DNA of 63,799 nucleotides, counting the filler, from Octopus bimaculoides (lineage: Eukaryota), in the NCBI RefSeq assembly GCF_001194135.2. It is 4 parts of 4 records of this genome, joined end to end, with 100 filler letters (N's around TTAATTAATTAA, not from the genome) between each part and the next. Parts side by side here need not be neighbours in the genome. Positions count along the whole stretch, not along the records: positions 25,521 to 46,227 come from NC_069006.1; positions 46,328 to 62,594 come from NC_069001.1; 2 more parts are not named here. One strand, given 5' to 3'. Shown piece after piece: positions 39,332 through 52,522 of this stretch. The translations under genes were made by a program, and so were the position numbers. The stretch's first letter is position 1. Each line of letters starts with the position of its first letter. The notes below the pieces were generated by a model. The model saw only the letters and a program-made list of their open reading frames with translations, was not told the origin of the DNA and did not search any database.

Positions 39332-40046
39332 GGATCTAGTTTAAAACGGGGGCACCAGTTTTCATTAATGTTTTATGTACCGAAAGACTTTCAAACTTCG
39401 TATACTTATCTATTTTGTGTTATAGAACAGAAAAAAATTTTTGTATTCGAATTTATTTCATGTAAAAAATTGTCTTATTTCGATAATTTCTACTAATCAC
39501 TGACGTCTATTCAGTTGAAAACAGTTAGCGCTGTAACGGTGTATATCGTATTAATCCCCTAACCCTAACTAGACTGTTAACCCTAACCCTAAAACTAAAA
39601 CTAACCCTAACTCTAGAATCCGAACTCTAAAATTGTTACACACATAGATACGCACAGCGTAATTTATTATATAAACAATATATGCGTATAAATTACGATT
39701 AAACCGGATGAAATATATCACAGGGAATAACATTTTTATGACCGCCCAGCAGTAACTCTATTCAGCTGAATAGACGTCAGTGATTGGTTGAAATTACAGA
39801 AATACGACAACTTTAACATGGAATAACTTGCGAATTCCTTTTTTTTTTTNNNNNNNNNNNNNNNNNNNNNNNNNNNNNNNNNNNNNNNNNNNNNNNNNNN
39901 NNNNNNNNNNNNNNNNNNNNNNNNNNNNAGAAGACTAAGAGTAAAAGATGTTTTATATGACACATTCTACCAGTGTCCCAAGTTTCAAAGTGTTTCGTTA
40001 GTGTTTCGTTAAGAAAATACTGGTGCCCCCGTTTTAAACTAGATCC
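39332..40046. mobile_element. Foldback MITE with perfect 28-bp TIRs and a CCCTAA-containing spacer
   Basis: GGATCTAGTTTAAAACGGGGGCACCAGT at 39332-39359 and its exact reverse complement at 40019-40046. Subterminal arms are homologous to the interior of 36979-37268. Confidence 0.85.
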
Positions 40047-40591
40047 AATTTTTTTTTTTTTTAAATCTGGAATCTATGAATTTTTTTGAAGAGGATCCAA
40101 AAGTGTGACGTATGTGACATCGCACGAAATAACTTCAACTGAAAATATCGACTGCTAATTCTCTTGAATTTCTCCAGGGCAGCATAAAAAAGCCTCATGG
40201 TGTTTATTTACGTTTGTCCTTGAAATTTCAAAACATCGCTAATGAGTTTGTTGGACAATAAAGTCTTTGGTCACAATTCTCGTTCACCTGGTGTGACGTG
40301 CGTGACAAAAAATGGATGCAACATTTTCAAGACAAATATTTTCTATATCTTCCAAATCATGTAGATCTGAAAGAAATTATTCCAAATATTGATATCTAGT
40401 AGAAAACGAACCATTTTGTCATGCATTTAATCTGCATATTGTAATTTTTCTGTGGGCATTCTAAAAACTTTTGGTAACTTGTTTTGGTTTAACTTTCATG
40501 AGAATGGCCCTTAAGTGGATAAAATTGCAAGAATTACTATGTTCCCTGAGAATGTGCATTTACAAACTCATTAATATCTAATTGATCCAAA

Positions 40592-40813
40592 GGCGGTGAG
40601 CTGGCAGAAACGTTAGCACGCCGGGCGAAATGCTTAGTGGTATTTCGTCTGCCGTTACGGTCTGAGTTCAAATTCCGCTGAGGTCGACTTTGCCTTTCAT
40701 CCTTTCGGGGTCGATAAATTAAGTACCAGTTATGCACTGAGGTCAATGTAATCCCCTTGTCTGTCCTTGTTTGTTCCCTCTATGTTTAGCCCCTTGTGGG
40801 CAATAAAGAAATA
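40592..40813 (+). mobile_element. SINE family A with perfect 19-bp TSD
   Basis: AATATCTAATTGATCCAAA at 40573-40591 and 40814-40832. Confidence 0.9.
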
Positions 40814-40969
40814 AATATCTAATTGATCCAAAATGACCCACCTTACTTCACAGTGATTAATCTCTCTCTCTCTCTCTCTTCACTCTCACTATTTTCTCTT
40901 CCTTTCTCTCTTTCACAGTCCTCCCCCTCCCCTACATCGTCATCATCACCATTTAACGTCTATTTTCCA

Positions 40970-41226
40970 TCAGAGTTCAGTCGGAATTGGAAACAATTAA
41001 GGGATAGCTGGAGTTGGAGCCAGTCGGTAAAACTATACCGACTCACAGTGTCTTTATTTTTTAATATAAACCAGTCATAACATATAGGCCTACTCAAAGT
41101 ACAAGCGTATGCTTTATGAGAGATGTAGACCACAATCACTTAATTACATAAAGAGAAGTCGGACGTGCCAAAAGTACAGGAGTCAGAGTTGGAGTCAAAG
41201 TATTTTGTTTCGACTCCACAGCCCTG
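40970..41226. mobile_element. Possible hAT-like MITE with GGAGTC repeats
   Basis: Right end CGACTCCACAGCCCTG and internal GGAGTC/GGAGTT motifs; the left end is degenerate. Confidence 0.35.
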
Positions 41227-42224
41227 TTTTCCATGCTGACATGGGTTGGATGGCCGAACAGGAGCTAGAGGACAGCACCCCAAGCTCCAATGCCTGCTTT
41301 GGCATTGTTTCACCAGTTGGATGCCCTTCCTCATACCAACCACTTTACAGAGTGTGCTAGGTACTTTTAATGTGGCACCAACACCAGTGAGGTTACCAAG
41401 TAACCTATAAGACAAGAGCCCTCAGATGAGTTGGGTTGAGGGAGGTGGCTTTATACCAGATGATGAGAGGTTAAAGTATGATAGAAGGACAGAAACAGGT
41501 GTCTTGCTGTAGAGGAGATATGTAGCTACCCCAGTTGGGCAAGAGACATGATGGTGGTGATGTAGGTGTCAGGGTGTACCCTCAAGCTGCAGGAAAGTGA
41601 AGTATCGGTAAAGTTTTCTTCTTGAGTCATGCTGACTCATAGGGGTCGGTTTCTCAGTTTCCATGGCATATATATTCCCCACCTGGATGAGACGCTAATC
41701 CTTCGCAAGGTTACTCGTTTTTGCCAGCTGAGTGGACTGGAACAACATGAAATGAAGTGTTTTGCTCAAGAACACAACGCATCACCTGGGCCAGGAATTG
41801 AAACCACAATCTTACGATCATGAGTCCGACACCCTAACCCCTAAGCCATGCACCTCCACAGGAAGGTGAATTGGCTGGAAGTGCATTGAAGTGAAAAGAT
41901 CCAACTTTAAAAGAGATTAGAATTTTGCACTTCTTTGTAATTAATTAATTAATTAATGTCTCTCCTGAAAAACTCTGAGAACTTCTGGAATGCTCCTTGT
42001 ACGTTTGAAAATATATTCCAAACCACTTTAACATGAATTTCCACCAAGATAAGTAATTTATCACATCTAGATAAGTTGAAATCAATTAAGAAAGACATCT
42101 GTGATCTAAACTTATCTAAAATCCTTTGTATACCGTATTGTGACATACAAACTAAGCCATTCACATCAACAATTCCAGTTATATGTATGGCATATATTGG
42201 AAGAAGGCCAAAGTTTATTCAAAT

Positions 42225-42572
42225 AATCAATCTTAGCCACAGAAAAATTCTCCAAGGCTATAGCAGAAGACACTTGCCCAAGGTGCCACGCAGTAGGACT
42301 GAACCCGGAACCATGTGGTTGGTAAGCAGGCTACTTACCACACAGCCACTCCTCTGCCTCCAATTACTGGTTTCAAATTTTGGCACAAAGCCAGTAATTT
42401 CAGGATAGTCACTTAAATCGACACCAGTACTCAACTGGTACTTATTTTGTAGACCCTGAAAAGACGAAAGGCAAAGTCAACCTCAGCAGAATTTGAACTC
42501 AGAATGTATAGAGGTGGATAAAGTGTTGCTAAGGATTTTGCCCGGTGTGCTAATGATTCTGCCAGCTCACCA
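42225..42572 (-). mobile_element. Adjacent SINE family B head (42225-42362) and SINE family A (42363-42572)
   Basis: Reverse-complement similarity to 26710-26815 and 551-767. Confidence 0.75.
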
Positions 42573-42885
42573 TTTATTCGATTGCTAATTATTGAAAGAG
42601 GTGAAATGCACTAAAATAATCGGTGATTGAAACTGAAAAGGGGAAACAAAAATGGCCTCACAAAGATCTGACACCAAAGAAGGGAATGAAGGTTATGTAA
42701 AATAGGAAAACTAATTCTGGGAGTTTTTTTTTTTTCTTTTCTCTCACTTTCTTTCTTAGAAAAGCGAAACAAACAGCTTTTGTGCTTTATTATGAAATAC
42801 AATCATTGTTTGAAGATAGGGGTTCAAAGTACGAGGAATATATAAATACGTGTGTGTGTGTCTTTATGTATGTATATCTGTATGG

Positions 42886-42949
<64 letters not shown>

Positions 42950-43713
42950 NNNNNNNNNNNNNNNNNNNNNNNNNNNNNNNNNNNNNNNNNNNNNNNNNNN
43001 NNNNNNNNNNNNNNNNNNNNNNNNNNNNNNNNNNNNNNNNNNNNNNNNNNNNNNNNNNNNNNNNNNNNNNNNNNNNNNNNNNNNNNNNNNNNNNNNNNNN
43101 NNNNNNNNNNNNNNNNNNNNNNNNNNNNNNNNNNNNNNNNNNNNNNNNNNNNNNNNNNNNNNNNNNNNNNNNNNNNNNNNNNNNNNNNNNNNNNNNNNNN
43201 NNNNNNNNNNNNNNNNNNNNNNNNNNNNNNNNNNNNNNNNNNNNNNNNNNNNNNNNNNNNNNNNNNNNNNNNNNNNNNNNNNNNNNNNNNNNNNNNNNNN
43301 NNNNNNNNNNNNNNNNNNNNNNNNNNNNNNNNNNNNNNNNNNNNNNNNNNNNNNNNNNNNNNNNNNNNNNNNNNNNNNNNNNNNNNNNNNNNNNNNNNNN
43401 NNNNNNNNNNNNNNNNNNNNNNNNNNNNNNNNNNNNNNNNNNNNNNNNNNNNNNNNNNNNNNNNNNNNNNNNNNNNNNNNNNNNNNNNNNNNNNNNNNNN
43501 NNNNNNNNNNNNNNNNNNNNNNNNNNNNNNNNNNNNNNNNNNNNNNNNNNNNNNNNNNNNNNNNNNNNNNNNNNNNNNNNNNNNNNNNNNNNNAGAGGTA
43601 GAGTAATATGCTTTATTTAAAAGCAGCAGAAATATAACAAAACTGTCCGATGAACGGGAACGTGAAACTCCGAGTAACAGTTTTTTGTTATATTTCTGCT
43701 GCTTTTAGATAAA

Positions 43714-43748
<35 letters not shown>

Positions 43749-44074
43749 TATATAATAATAATATTAGGGACAAAATCCAAAATTACAGGTAAAAAACTCA
43801 ATTAAAATCAATTTATAAAAAATTAAAATTAAATTGAGCCTTATAGATAAAGTATATATAAAATATATAGTTTTAGGGAAATATATGTCCGGTAAGAAGC
43901 ATTGGTTTGGATGCTGATGCCATGTAAAAAGCACCTAGTACACACTGTGGAATGGCAGGCTTTAGGAAGGGCATCCAGCTAAACTGAACCAAAACAGACT
44001 ACGGAACTTGGTGTGGCCCTCTGGCCTTGCCGGTTCCTGTCAAGCCATACAACACGTGTCATATATATATATAG

Positions 44075-44415
44075 CTCAGTACTAATTCTGTCAGTCTATT
44101 TTGCTAAGTTATAAGGACATAAACACACCAACACTGGTTGTCAAATGGTAGTGGGACTCACACACACACACACACACATGCACATACGCACATGCTCACA
44201 CACATTGTACACATGCACGCACGCATATGCACAAGCACACACACATGCACACTTACACACATACATGCACACATACACACACACACTTATACATACATAA
44301 TGGGCTTCTTTTCAGTTTCTGTCTATCATGGCTTTAGTAGAAGACACTTACCCAAGGTGCCACAGCGGGACTGAACCCAGAACCTTGTGGTTGGGAAGCA
44401 AGTTTTTTATCACGT
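44075..44415 (-). mobile_element. SINE family B with expanded internal (CA)n
   Basis: Homologous to 26490-26800. Confidence 0.7.
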
Positions 44416-44477
44416 CTATATATATATATATATGTGTGTGCGTATTGCAAGATTCCTGACATGAAATCATGTGTTGT

Positions 44478-44667
44478 AACAGATATTGTTGTATTTCGGG
44501 ATGGTCATTTTTATTTATTTATTTTCTTTTTGCCAAATAAACACAGGCACATAGTTTGCCCCCACCACCGCTTGGCAAACACACACATAATGTGTGTGTT
44601 TATTTGGCAAAAAAAAAAAAAATACAATAAATAAAAATGACCATCCCGAAATACAACAATATTTGTT
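44478..44667. repeat. 190-bp inverted repeat with ~70-bp arms
   Basis: AACAGATATTGTTGTATTTCGGGATGGTCATTTTTATTTA..GCCAAATAAACACA pairs with 44595-44667. Confidence 0.9.
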
Positions 44668-46227
44668 AAAGTCTGTCATACCGGCCATGACAAGGGAAAT
44701 AGCCCTGAAACTCGAGTCGCCTTTATATATTTANNNNNNNNNNNNNNNNNNNNNNNNNNNNNNNNNNNNNNNNNNNNNNNNNNNNNNNNNNNNNNNNNNN
44801 NNNNNNNNNNNNNNNNNNNNNNNNNNNNNNNNNNNNNNNNNNNNNNNNNNNNNNNNNNNNNNNNNNNNNNNNNNNNNNNNNNNNNNNNNNNNNNNNNNNN
44901 NNNNNNNNNNNNNNNNNNNNNNNNNNNNNNNNNNNNNNNNNNNNNNNNNNNNNNNNNNNNNNNNNNNNNNNNNNNNNNNNNNNNNNNNNNNNNNTCTACA
45001 TTCAATACTTTCTTTCATGGTGCCATCCATTTTTATTTTATTTTATTTTATATTATATATTGTATATTATATTATATATTGTATATTCCATATTCTATAC
45101 CCCACATTGGTTCTGCAGGAATATAAATAAAACATAAAAAACAGACAGTGTTGGAACTCTTTTAAACAAAATAATATATTCCTCTATACACAATCATACA
45201 AAAAACCCACCTTTTTTGTATTTATTTTTACTCGCATATATATATATAGGTAAATTGAAATTTAGAGGTAATACTTGACAATTGTAAGCACCTGTGTATT
45301 CCAGCTAGTGGTTACGGTGAAAGAATAAATTGTAAATCCCAAAAATAACAACAAAACTACAAGTTTTTAACTTTTTTAATTGTTAATTTCTTTGTGTTTC
45401 TTATGTTTTATCTGTTATATTTTGACCCGTTTATCATTATCCTTTATATTTTATTATTTTTTTCATATTTAAGTTTTTCAGTTTTTTATTTTTTACGTTT
45501 TATCTCTTATTTTTATTTTTATCCGTTTTATTATTCTTTAATATTTTTTAGTTCTTATTTTATTGTTTATTTCTTAGTCATTACATTATTAATGTGGGTA
45601 CTAATATTTCCTTTCACTAGTATACTATATTACTCTGTATTTTGAATTTTGCTTTTTGAATTTTTAACGTCCAAACCTACCCCCCCCCCTTATAACGTAT
45701 TTCGCTTTTCTTGTTGACATGTTTATTGATGAATTCTTTAAGGTCTTCTATGTTATAATTACCCGTTCCACTTCCTTCACCCTTCTTCATCTAGACAAGG
45801 ATATGTAGATAGGTTAGTGCACTTGAGTTGTAATTCGCTTAGGTTGACCACTGACCACTCACCACAAGAATATCATGTTTCATGTTCCAAGTCTATTCTG
45901 GCATGACACTTCTTATTTACGACCCACCACTGATATAGACAGACACAGCTCATACATATCTATCCCTTACGACCTTTAAGATCTCTGTATCTATTCTATT
46001 TATCACTTTATCTTCTTCTTCTACGTTTAGATTGTTCCTCACCACCCTTCACCAACCCATCTAAATAGCTTAGATGTAGCTTACTTGACTATCCAGACTT
46101 TCTCTTATTACTTCCTAGATTACCCGCCCCACCGATATGACTCCCTTTATTTTTTATTTTTTTATTTTTTATTTTATTTTATTTTAAGTTTATTCTTACT
46201 TTTTTACATGAATATCTGTGTGTGTCT

Positions 46228-46327
46228 NNNNNNNNNNNNNNNNNNNNNNNNNNNNNNNNNNNNNNNNNNNNTTAATTAATTAANNNNNNNNNNNNNNNNN
46301 NNNNNNNNNNNNNNNNNNNNNNNNNNN
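46228..46327. other. Assembly spacer N44-TTAATTAATTAA-N44
   Basis: Same layout as 25421-25520. Confidence 0.95.
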
Positions 46328-46689
46328 TATATATAAATATATATATATAGATAGATAGATAGATACACAAACGTACACCATATACACACCACACACACAC
46401 ACACACACACATATTATATATATATATTATGATCGTGATTTTAATGTCTGCTTTTCTATGCTTGCATGGGTCAGCTATGAGTATGTTGGAGCAGTGTCTT
46501 CTATGCCCAGAGGCCCTTCCTGTTTATGTGGAGAACTGCCAACAAACAATGCCATATAAATGAGCCTTCTATCTTTACAAAGAAAAAGCATATCAAGAAG
46601 CCCGGGTATACTTTTGTGGTAGACTGTATGCAAATGACAACAATTAAAGGAGCCATTGTCTATGATCACCAAACTAACATACGTCTATT

Positions 46690-46910
46690 TGAGAAAATAC
46701 ACACACACACACACACACACGTGATGATATATTTATATTTATATATATATGATGGGCTTCTTTCAGTTTTTGTCTACCAAATTCACTCACAAGGCTTTGG
46801 TTGGCCTGGGGCTATAGTAGAAGACACTTGCCTATGGTGGCACAGTGCGATTGAACCTGATACCACATAGTTAGGAAGTGAACTTCTTAACCACACAGTC
46901 ATGCCTGCAT
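46690..46910 (-). mobile_element. SINE family B, 5' half
   Basis: Homologous to 26640-26815. Confidence 0.75.
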
Positions 46911-49857
46911 TGTCTAATCTGATGCAAACATGGAAAAGTGGATGTGAAAACAATGATGATAATGACGATGCTGATGATGATACACTTACATAGACATCTC
47001 TCTCTCTCTGTCTGAACACAAACACATAAACACACACACATGTACTAGATTGATAGAGTTACTTAGCTCTCTCGTTAACACTGGACTAACGGTATTATCT
47101 TTTCTTTGCCTAATGTTTTTCTTAAGTATATAATCAAAATGGTGTTACATCTTATATCATAAAAAACTGTAACAGACAAATGTATCTAACACTTTAATTT
47201 TCCTGTCCTTTGGTCATCTTATATGTGGGGGTTGCTCTTTGCATTTGTTTCTGTGATTGTATGCCATGTACTCAAGTATTTTTCACTTACTGTATCTCTA
47301 CTTTCTTCCTCCCTCTTTTTGTGGTAGCATCTTCCCTTTTTTTCTCTCCCCCACCACTTCCCTCTGTCTAAAAGATCTGTTACATTGCAAGTCCCTCTCC
47401 CTCTCATCCTACACCAAGTTTATGTTCCATTATCACTCCCTCACTTTGTATCTCTCTTTACCTACAATTCTCACTCTTAACTATGTCTAACTTTCACATT
47501 ATTCTTTTTGCCTTTCATGGTTTTTGATTTCTGAATGCACATATGCAATTTTATGACATAGGTATGTCTGTGTGTATGTAAATATATATATATGTATATC
47601 ATAGCATAGTACCCATAAGAAAATGACAGAGTTTATTTCTGTTTTCCTTCAGTAATTCTTAATTTTTCTACTCCAAGCCATTCTACATTTTCTTCTTGTG
47701 TTTCATTTTGTCTTCTTTCAGTTATTCTTTTTATTTTGAACCTTGTATTTGTTTCTTATCATTTTGGATCACTCTTGCTCTGAAATTCATATTGAGTATT
47801 GACTTTTGATAATCTATGTCTTCTTTCTGTTTGTTGAAGTCAGGCGGTTTCTCTATGACCAAGAACCTCATCATCACTTTAACTGGCAATTACTTGTTGC
47901 ATGTTTTGAAAATTCACCTCTTCTTTTCCTTACTTTCATGCACTCACTCACTTTTTTCGTTATTTTCACTCACTCATTCATTGAAATTCTTCATTATTTC
48001 GCCTCTTCTCTTTTTTCTTCTCTCAATCGAAGTCTTTCTTCACCTTTACATTTCCGAATGTCTTCCTTGTTACATTCTGGTATCATACACAAATTTATTT
48101 CCCTCTCACTTTTACTATCATTCACCAATTAATTTGCTCAATTTCTAAACCTCTGTTATTTTATCCTGTTACTTCTCTACTACCAACTCTCTATTACCCA
48201 CTCTCTTTTACTTTATTTTATTCTGGCACTATTTCTTCCTCACTCACTCTTTCTCCATCTCTCTCTATATTTCATTTTCTACTCACTTGACTGCTCGTTG
48301 ACTGCTGAATATTTCCACTCTCCTCTGTCCCCAAAACACAGCTGCTATTTCTCCTTCCACATTTCTGTCTTTTGATAGAAAGTGCATATATGTGTGTGTG
48401 TAATGTACATGTTTTATTTTGCATTTTTACTTGAAATTATAATATTATGTAGAACTTAGTCTCTCTGCAGATAGTAACCATAAGTACTGTAGGTTTAAAT
48501 TAACAGCTTGTATGATATATTAGAGAGAACAATAGCTGGTTCTTGTTGATGCTGCTGAGTTGAGCTAGTCCTCATTTAACTGCCAAGTTGAGCAATAATC
48601 TATCAAACCGATGATCAAAAGTCTTCCAGCTATGACTACCTTTTGTTTTAAAGACTGTGATTTGAGAAAGATTTTGCTGCTATTTCTAACAGGTCAACTG
48701 ACTGCATCAAAGCTCCCTTGTTGGCTTCCCATAGCCAACATTTAAATTATGTATGCAAATAATAAGCGTATATTACACAATTAATAATCCAGAAATTTAT
48801 CCATAATCTTTGCATGTGACTAGATTCTTTTGATGAAGTAAAATAGCATACTTCTGCTAGTAATCTTCTGAGACTCGACACTTCTTTTTTCTGAAAGGTT
48901 TATAATCATAGATTAGAAAGAGAAAAAAGAAAATGTGATATATTAGTGAGATTTTTTTGGTTTTCATTTCTAAAACTTTTAAATAATGTATGATCTGTGG
49001 CTGGAATTATTTTGGGTTTATAAAGCCAAAAGTTGGTGAGATATGTTATCATTTAAGCACCAATAATTAAGACTAATTTTATCTCCATGCTGTTGCTAAC
49101 AGATTCGTTTAACACAACCATTGCCTCTTCTAATTATACACATTGTATAATGAGCTACCATTAGCAATTTCTAGCAAAGTTTACTAGTGACAATATGACA
49201 TTCTTAAGTAGGTAACTGGTCATTGCTTAAATATTTTTCGTTGATTGCTATTCACCACAGTTATGTTTCCCTGTATGAAAGGTAACTGGCCGTTAAAAAC
49301 TTTTGTTTAAGAAGGAACTTGTTACCACTATTACTTGAACTTCATACAGTAACTACCCATTATCAGCTTTTGTATTTTTAAGCATTTACTTGGCCAACCA
49401 GCAATTTGTAGGAGGGCCCATCTAGTTGAAGACTCATTTCCAACAAAGCCCACCCACACATCTCGCCGAGTAATGCCTGCTAGCTTATGGAAACAGGCAC
49501 AAATGACATGCCTACAAAAGAGACTTTATGTGGTTGTTTGACCTGCTAGAAATAACAGTCAAATCTCCCTGAAACCATACCTACATTTCTTTTTTAAAAA
49601 AAGATATAAAGAATAATGTAATCTGGATTCCAAGCGTGACTATTTTTCAATCTTTTCTTTTTTTTAGGACTTTGATTTGAGGGAGAATTTACTGCTATTT
49701 CTAACTGACTAAGTGACTACATATAGATTCGCCTTTGACTTCAAGATATAAATTTTGTATGCAATTCTAACAAATAAGTGTATATTATAATCAATAATCT
49801 AGAAAAATATATCTGAAAAAAAAAGAAAAGAATGGTCATTGCTCTAATACTCTTGAT

Positions 49858-50034
49858 CAATAGGTGCAGTCATGGCTGTGTGGTTCAGAAGCTCACATTG
49901 CAGCTATATAGTTTTAGGTTCAGTCCCACTGCATGGCACTTTGGGTAAGTGTCTTGTACTATACCTGCAGGCTGACCGATACCTTGTTCGTGAATTGGGT
50001 GGGTGGAAAATGTGGAAGCCTGTCATATATATAT
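49858..50034 (+). mobile_element. SINE family B, 5' half
   Basis: TAGGTGCAGTCATGGCTGTGTGG..GGTTCAGTCCCACTGCATGGCACTTTGGGTAAGTGTC, running into (TA)n and a gap. Confidence 0.75.
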
Positions 50035-50246
50035 NNNNNNNNNNNNNNNNNNNNNNNNNNNNNNNNNNNNNNNNNNNNNNNNNNNNNNNNNNNNNNNNNN
50101 NNNNNNNNNNNNNNNNNNNNNNNNNNNNNNNNNNNNNNNNNNNNNNNNNNNNNNNNNNNNNNNNNNNNNNNNNNNNNNNNNNNNNNNNTTGTAAGTTAAA
50201 TTTACTTCAGTAAAGAAGTATGTAATAACCATTATTCATGCCTTGT

Positions 50247-50287
<41 letters not shown>

Positions 50288-51956
50288 TATATGATCAATC
50301 CTGACCTTTAGCTAAACATCAATTAAATAACACTACTACTGTTTGAAAAACAGGAGGGAAAAATGAAATGAGTACTAAAAGGCCGTTTATCCTGAACTCT
50401 GAGTTTTATTGACACTCATTTAAAGCATCTTTTCTTGTTTCTATGTAAGAGAGAGTGAGAAAGAAAGGGAGACAAGCAAACTGTTTGTTAATAAGTTGAG
50501 AATAAGGTGGTGTGCTGCTTGAATTGTTAGCACATCCAGCAAAATGTTAAGTGACATTTTGTACTGAGTTCAAATTCCTTTGAGATCAACTTTCAGGATC
50601 AATAAAATAAATACCAGTTGAGCACTGGGGTCAATCTAATCGAACTATCCCTCGTCTGAATTTGCTGGCCCTGTGCTAAAATTTGAAAGCAATAAATAAG
50701 TTGAAAATCCTGTTGTTTTGAGAAAATTACATTGTCAATTGGAGATAATTTTCCCTCTCTGATGAAGAGCTTTTCCTGAAATGTCAAGATTTTTGTTGAT
50801 TCACATCATAGTCATTTCACATCCATTTTCTTTGCTGGCAGGGGCTGGACAGTTTGACAGGATTCAGCTAGCTACAGGATTGCATCAAGTTCCAATATTA
50901 GCTTTGGTATGGCTTCTATGGTTGGGTGCCCTTCATAACATCATCATTTAAACATATCCAAATTTATGAACACCAAAATTCGAAACTGATTTTAATAATA
51001 ATTAGATTCTGCTGAAGTCAACTTTACCATTCATCCTTTTGGGGTCAATGCAATCGACTTTCCCACTCCTTGAAATTGCTGGCCTTGTGACAAAATTTGA
51101 AGCTGATATTGATAGTAATTAAATTTTCTTTTCTCTCTTTTTCATTTGTGTTTCTTTACTGAATATGTATCTTGCTGTGCCCAGCTCTCACTCAACAGTG
51201 TTTCATTTCCCATTACATAATGGAAAGATATCAACCACATCACAAACAAGTATTCACAACCTCCAGATCATAGTCACCACATGATTGCTTGTTCTGCAAT
51301 AAATAGCAGTCAAATCTCACTCAAACCACACCTTTCCCCTTTTTTTTTCTCACTTTATATTCTACTCCTTCATTGCTGTTCTAATTTCTTTCCTTTTATT
51401 TATAAAACAACTGTTCCCTCATAATCTATACTCTGTCTCTTACTCTTCTCTCACTTTCTCTCTCTATCCCTTCTCACATACACTCTCTTTTCATTTTCTC
51501 CTCTCTCTTTATAGAAAAAGGGATTTTGTTTGTGGCAAAAACTTAGAGCAAATGTAATTGAATGTTTCCTAGGTTTATTTCTTTTACCTGTAAAAATTGG
51601 GTTCTGGGTCTGTGGTTTGCTAAGAATATCAAGAATACTAAGAAACCAAGTCTGGTCTCTGATTTCATAGCATAGAAAACTGACAGAGATCCCACTTCAC
51701 AACGAGATGGTTAAACAGGAAAAATTTCCTCTTATGCACACATGCACTTATACTTGTAATTGTGCTTATTTTGACACAGATACAAGAAATACAGAAACAC
51801 ACACACTGGCATACTACATGCACCGATGAACTCACATACATACACACACACACACATGCAGCAACAGACAAGCCTCTACTCATTTGCATATACATGTAGA
51901 CACAGTTACACAATCATGGATATATGCACACATTGAAACGAATACATATACACATA

Positions 51957-52197
51957 CAGGGTGAGTCAAAAGTAGTGTCCTGTTCGTGTGTTTGTGTTGA
52001 TATATATGACTTCTCAATTGGGAGATACTTTTTGACTCCTAATTCTTTGTCCTATGAGTTTGAGATATCAAAGAGTATTAACACCACAATGCACGATCCA
52101 CATTCAGTAACTTTCAAAACTGTCACTAATAACTTGCAAAGCAACAACGGCATGGCTTTCCCAGAAACTGTGTGCTACTTATGACTGACTCACCCTG
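51957..52197. mobile_element. Tc1/mariner-type MITE
   Basis: TIR CAGGGTGAGTCA at both ends; TA on the left flank; the right TIR has a 4-bp GTCA duplication. Confidence 0.7.
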
Positions 52198-52349
52198 AAT
52201 GTATGTATGTATGTATATATATGTATATTTATAGCCTTACACAACTGTATACTCTAGCAATCCACCTGCAGATACTGAAATACACACGCACACACACACA
52301 CTTACACACAAACTTTATGCAACAATTTGAAACTTCATGTTTGCTGTGT

Positions 52350-52454
52350 TAATCTATATTAAGATGATACTATATAAAAGCATATATAACTGTATTACAG
52401 TCATATATAAGAAGATATTATGTCCAAGTATGTATGATGTGACACTGTATTACA

Positions 52455-52522
<68 letters not shown>

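Noticed and set aside
39557-39610. True telomere or chromosome-fusion site
   Set aside because: Only five interrupted CCCTAA units, enclosed by transposon TIRs.
40060-40515. Possible Kolobok/piggyBac end (GGCCCTTAA at about 40506-40514)
   Set aside because: No matching opposite TIR found.
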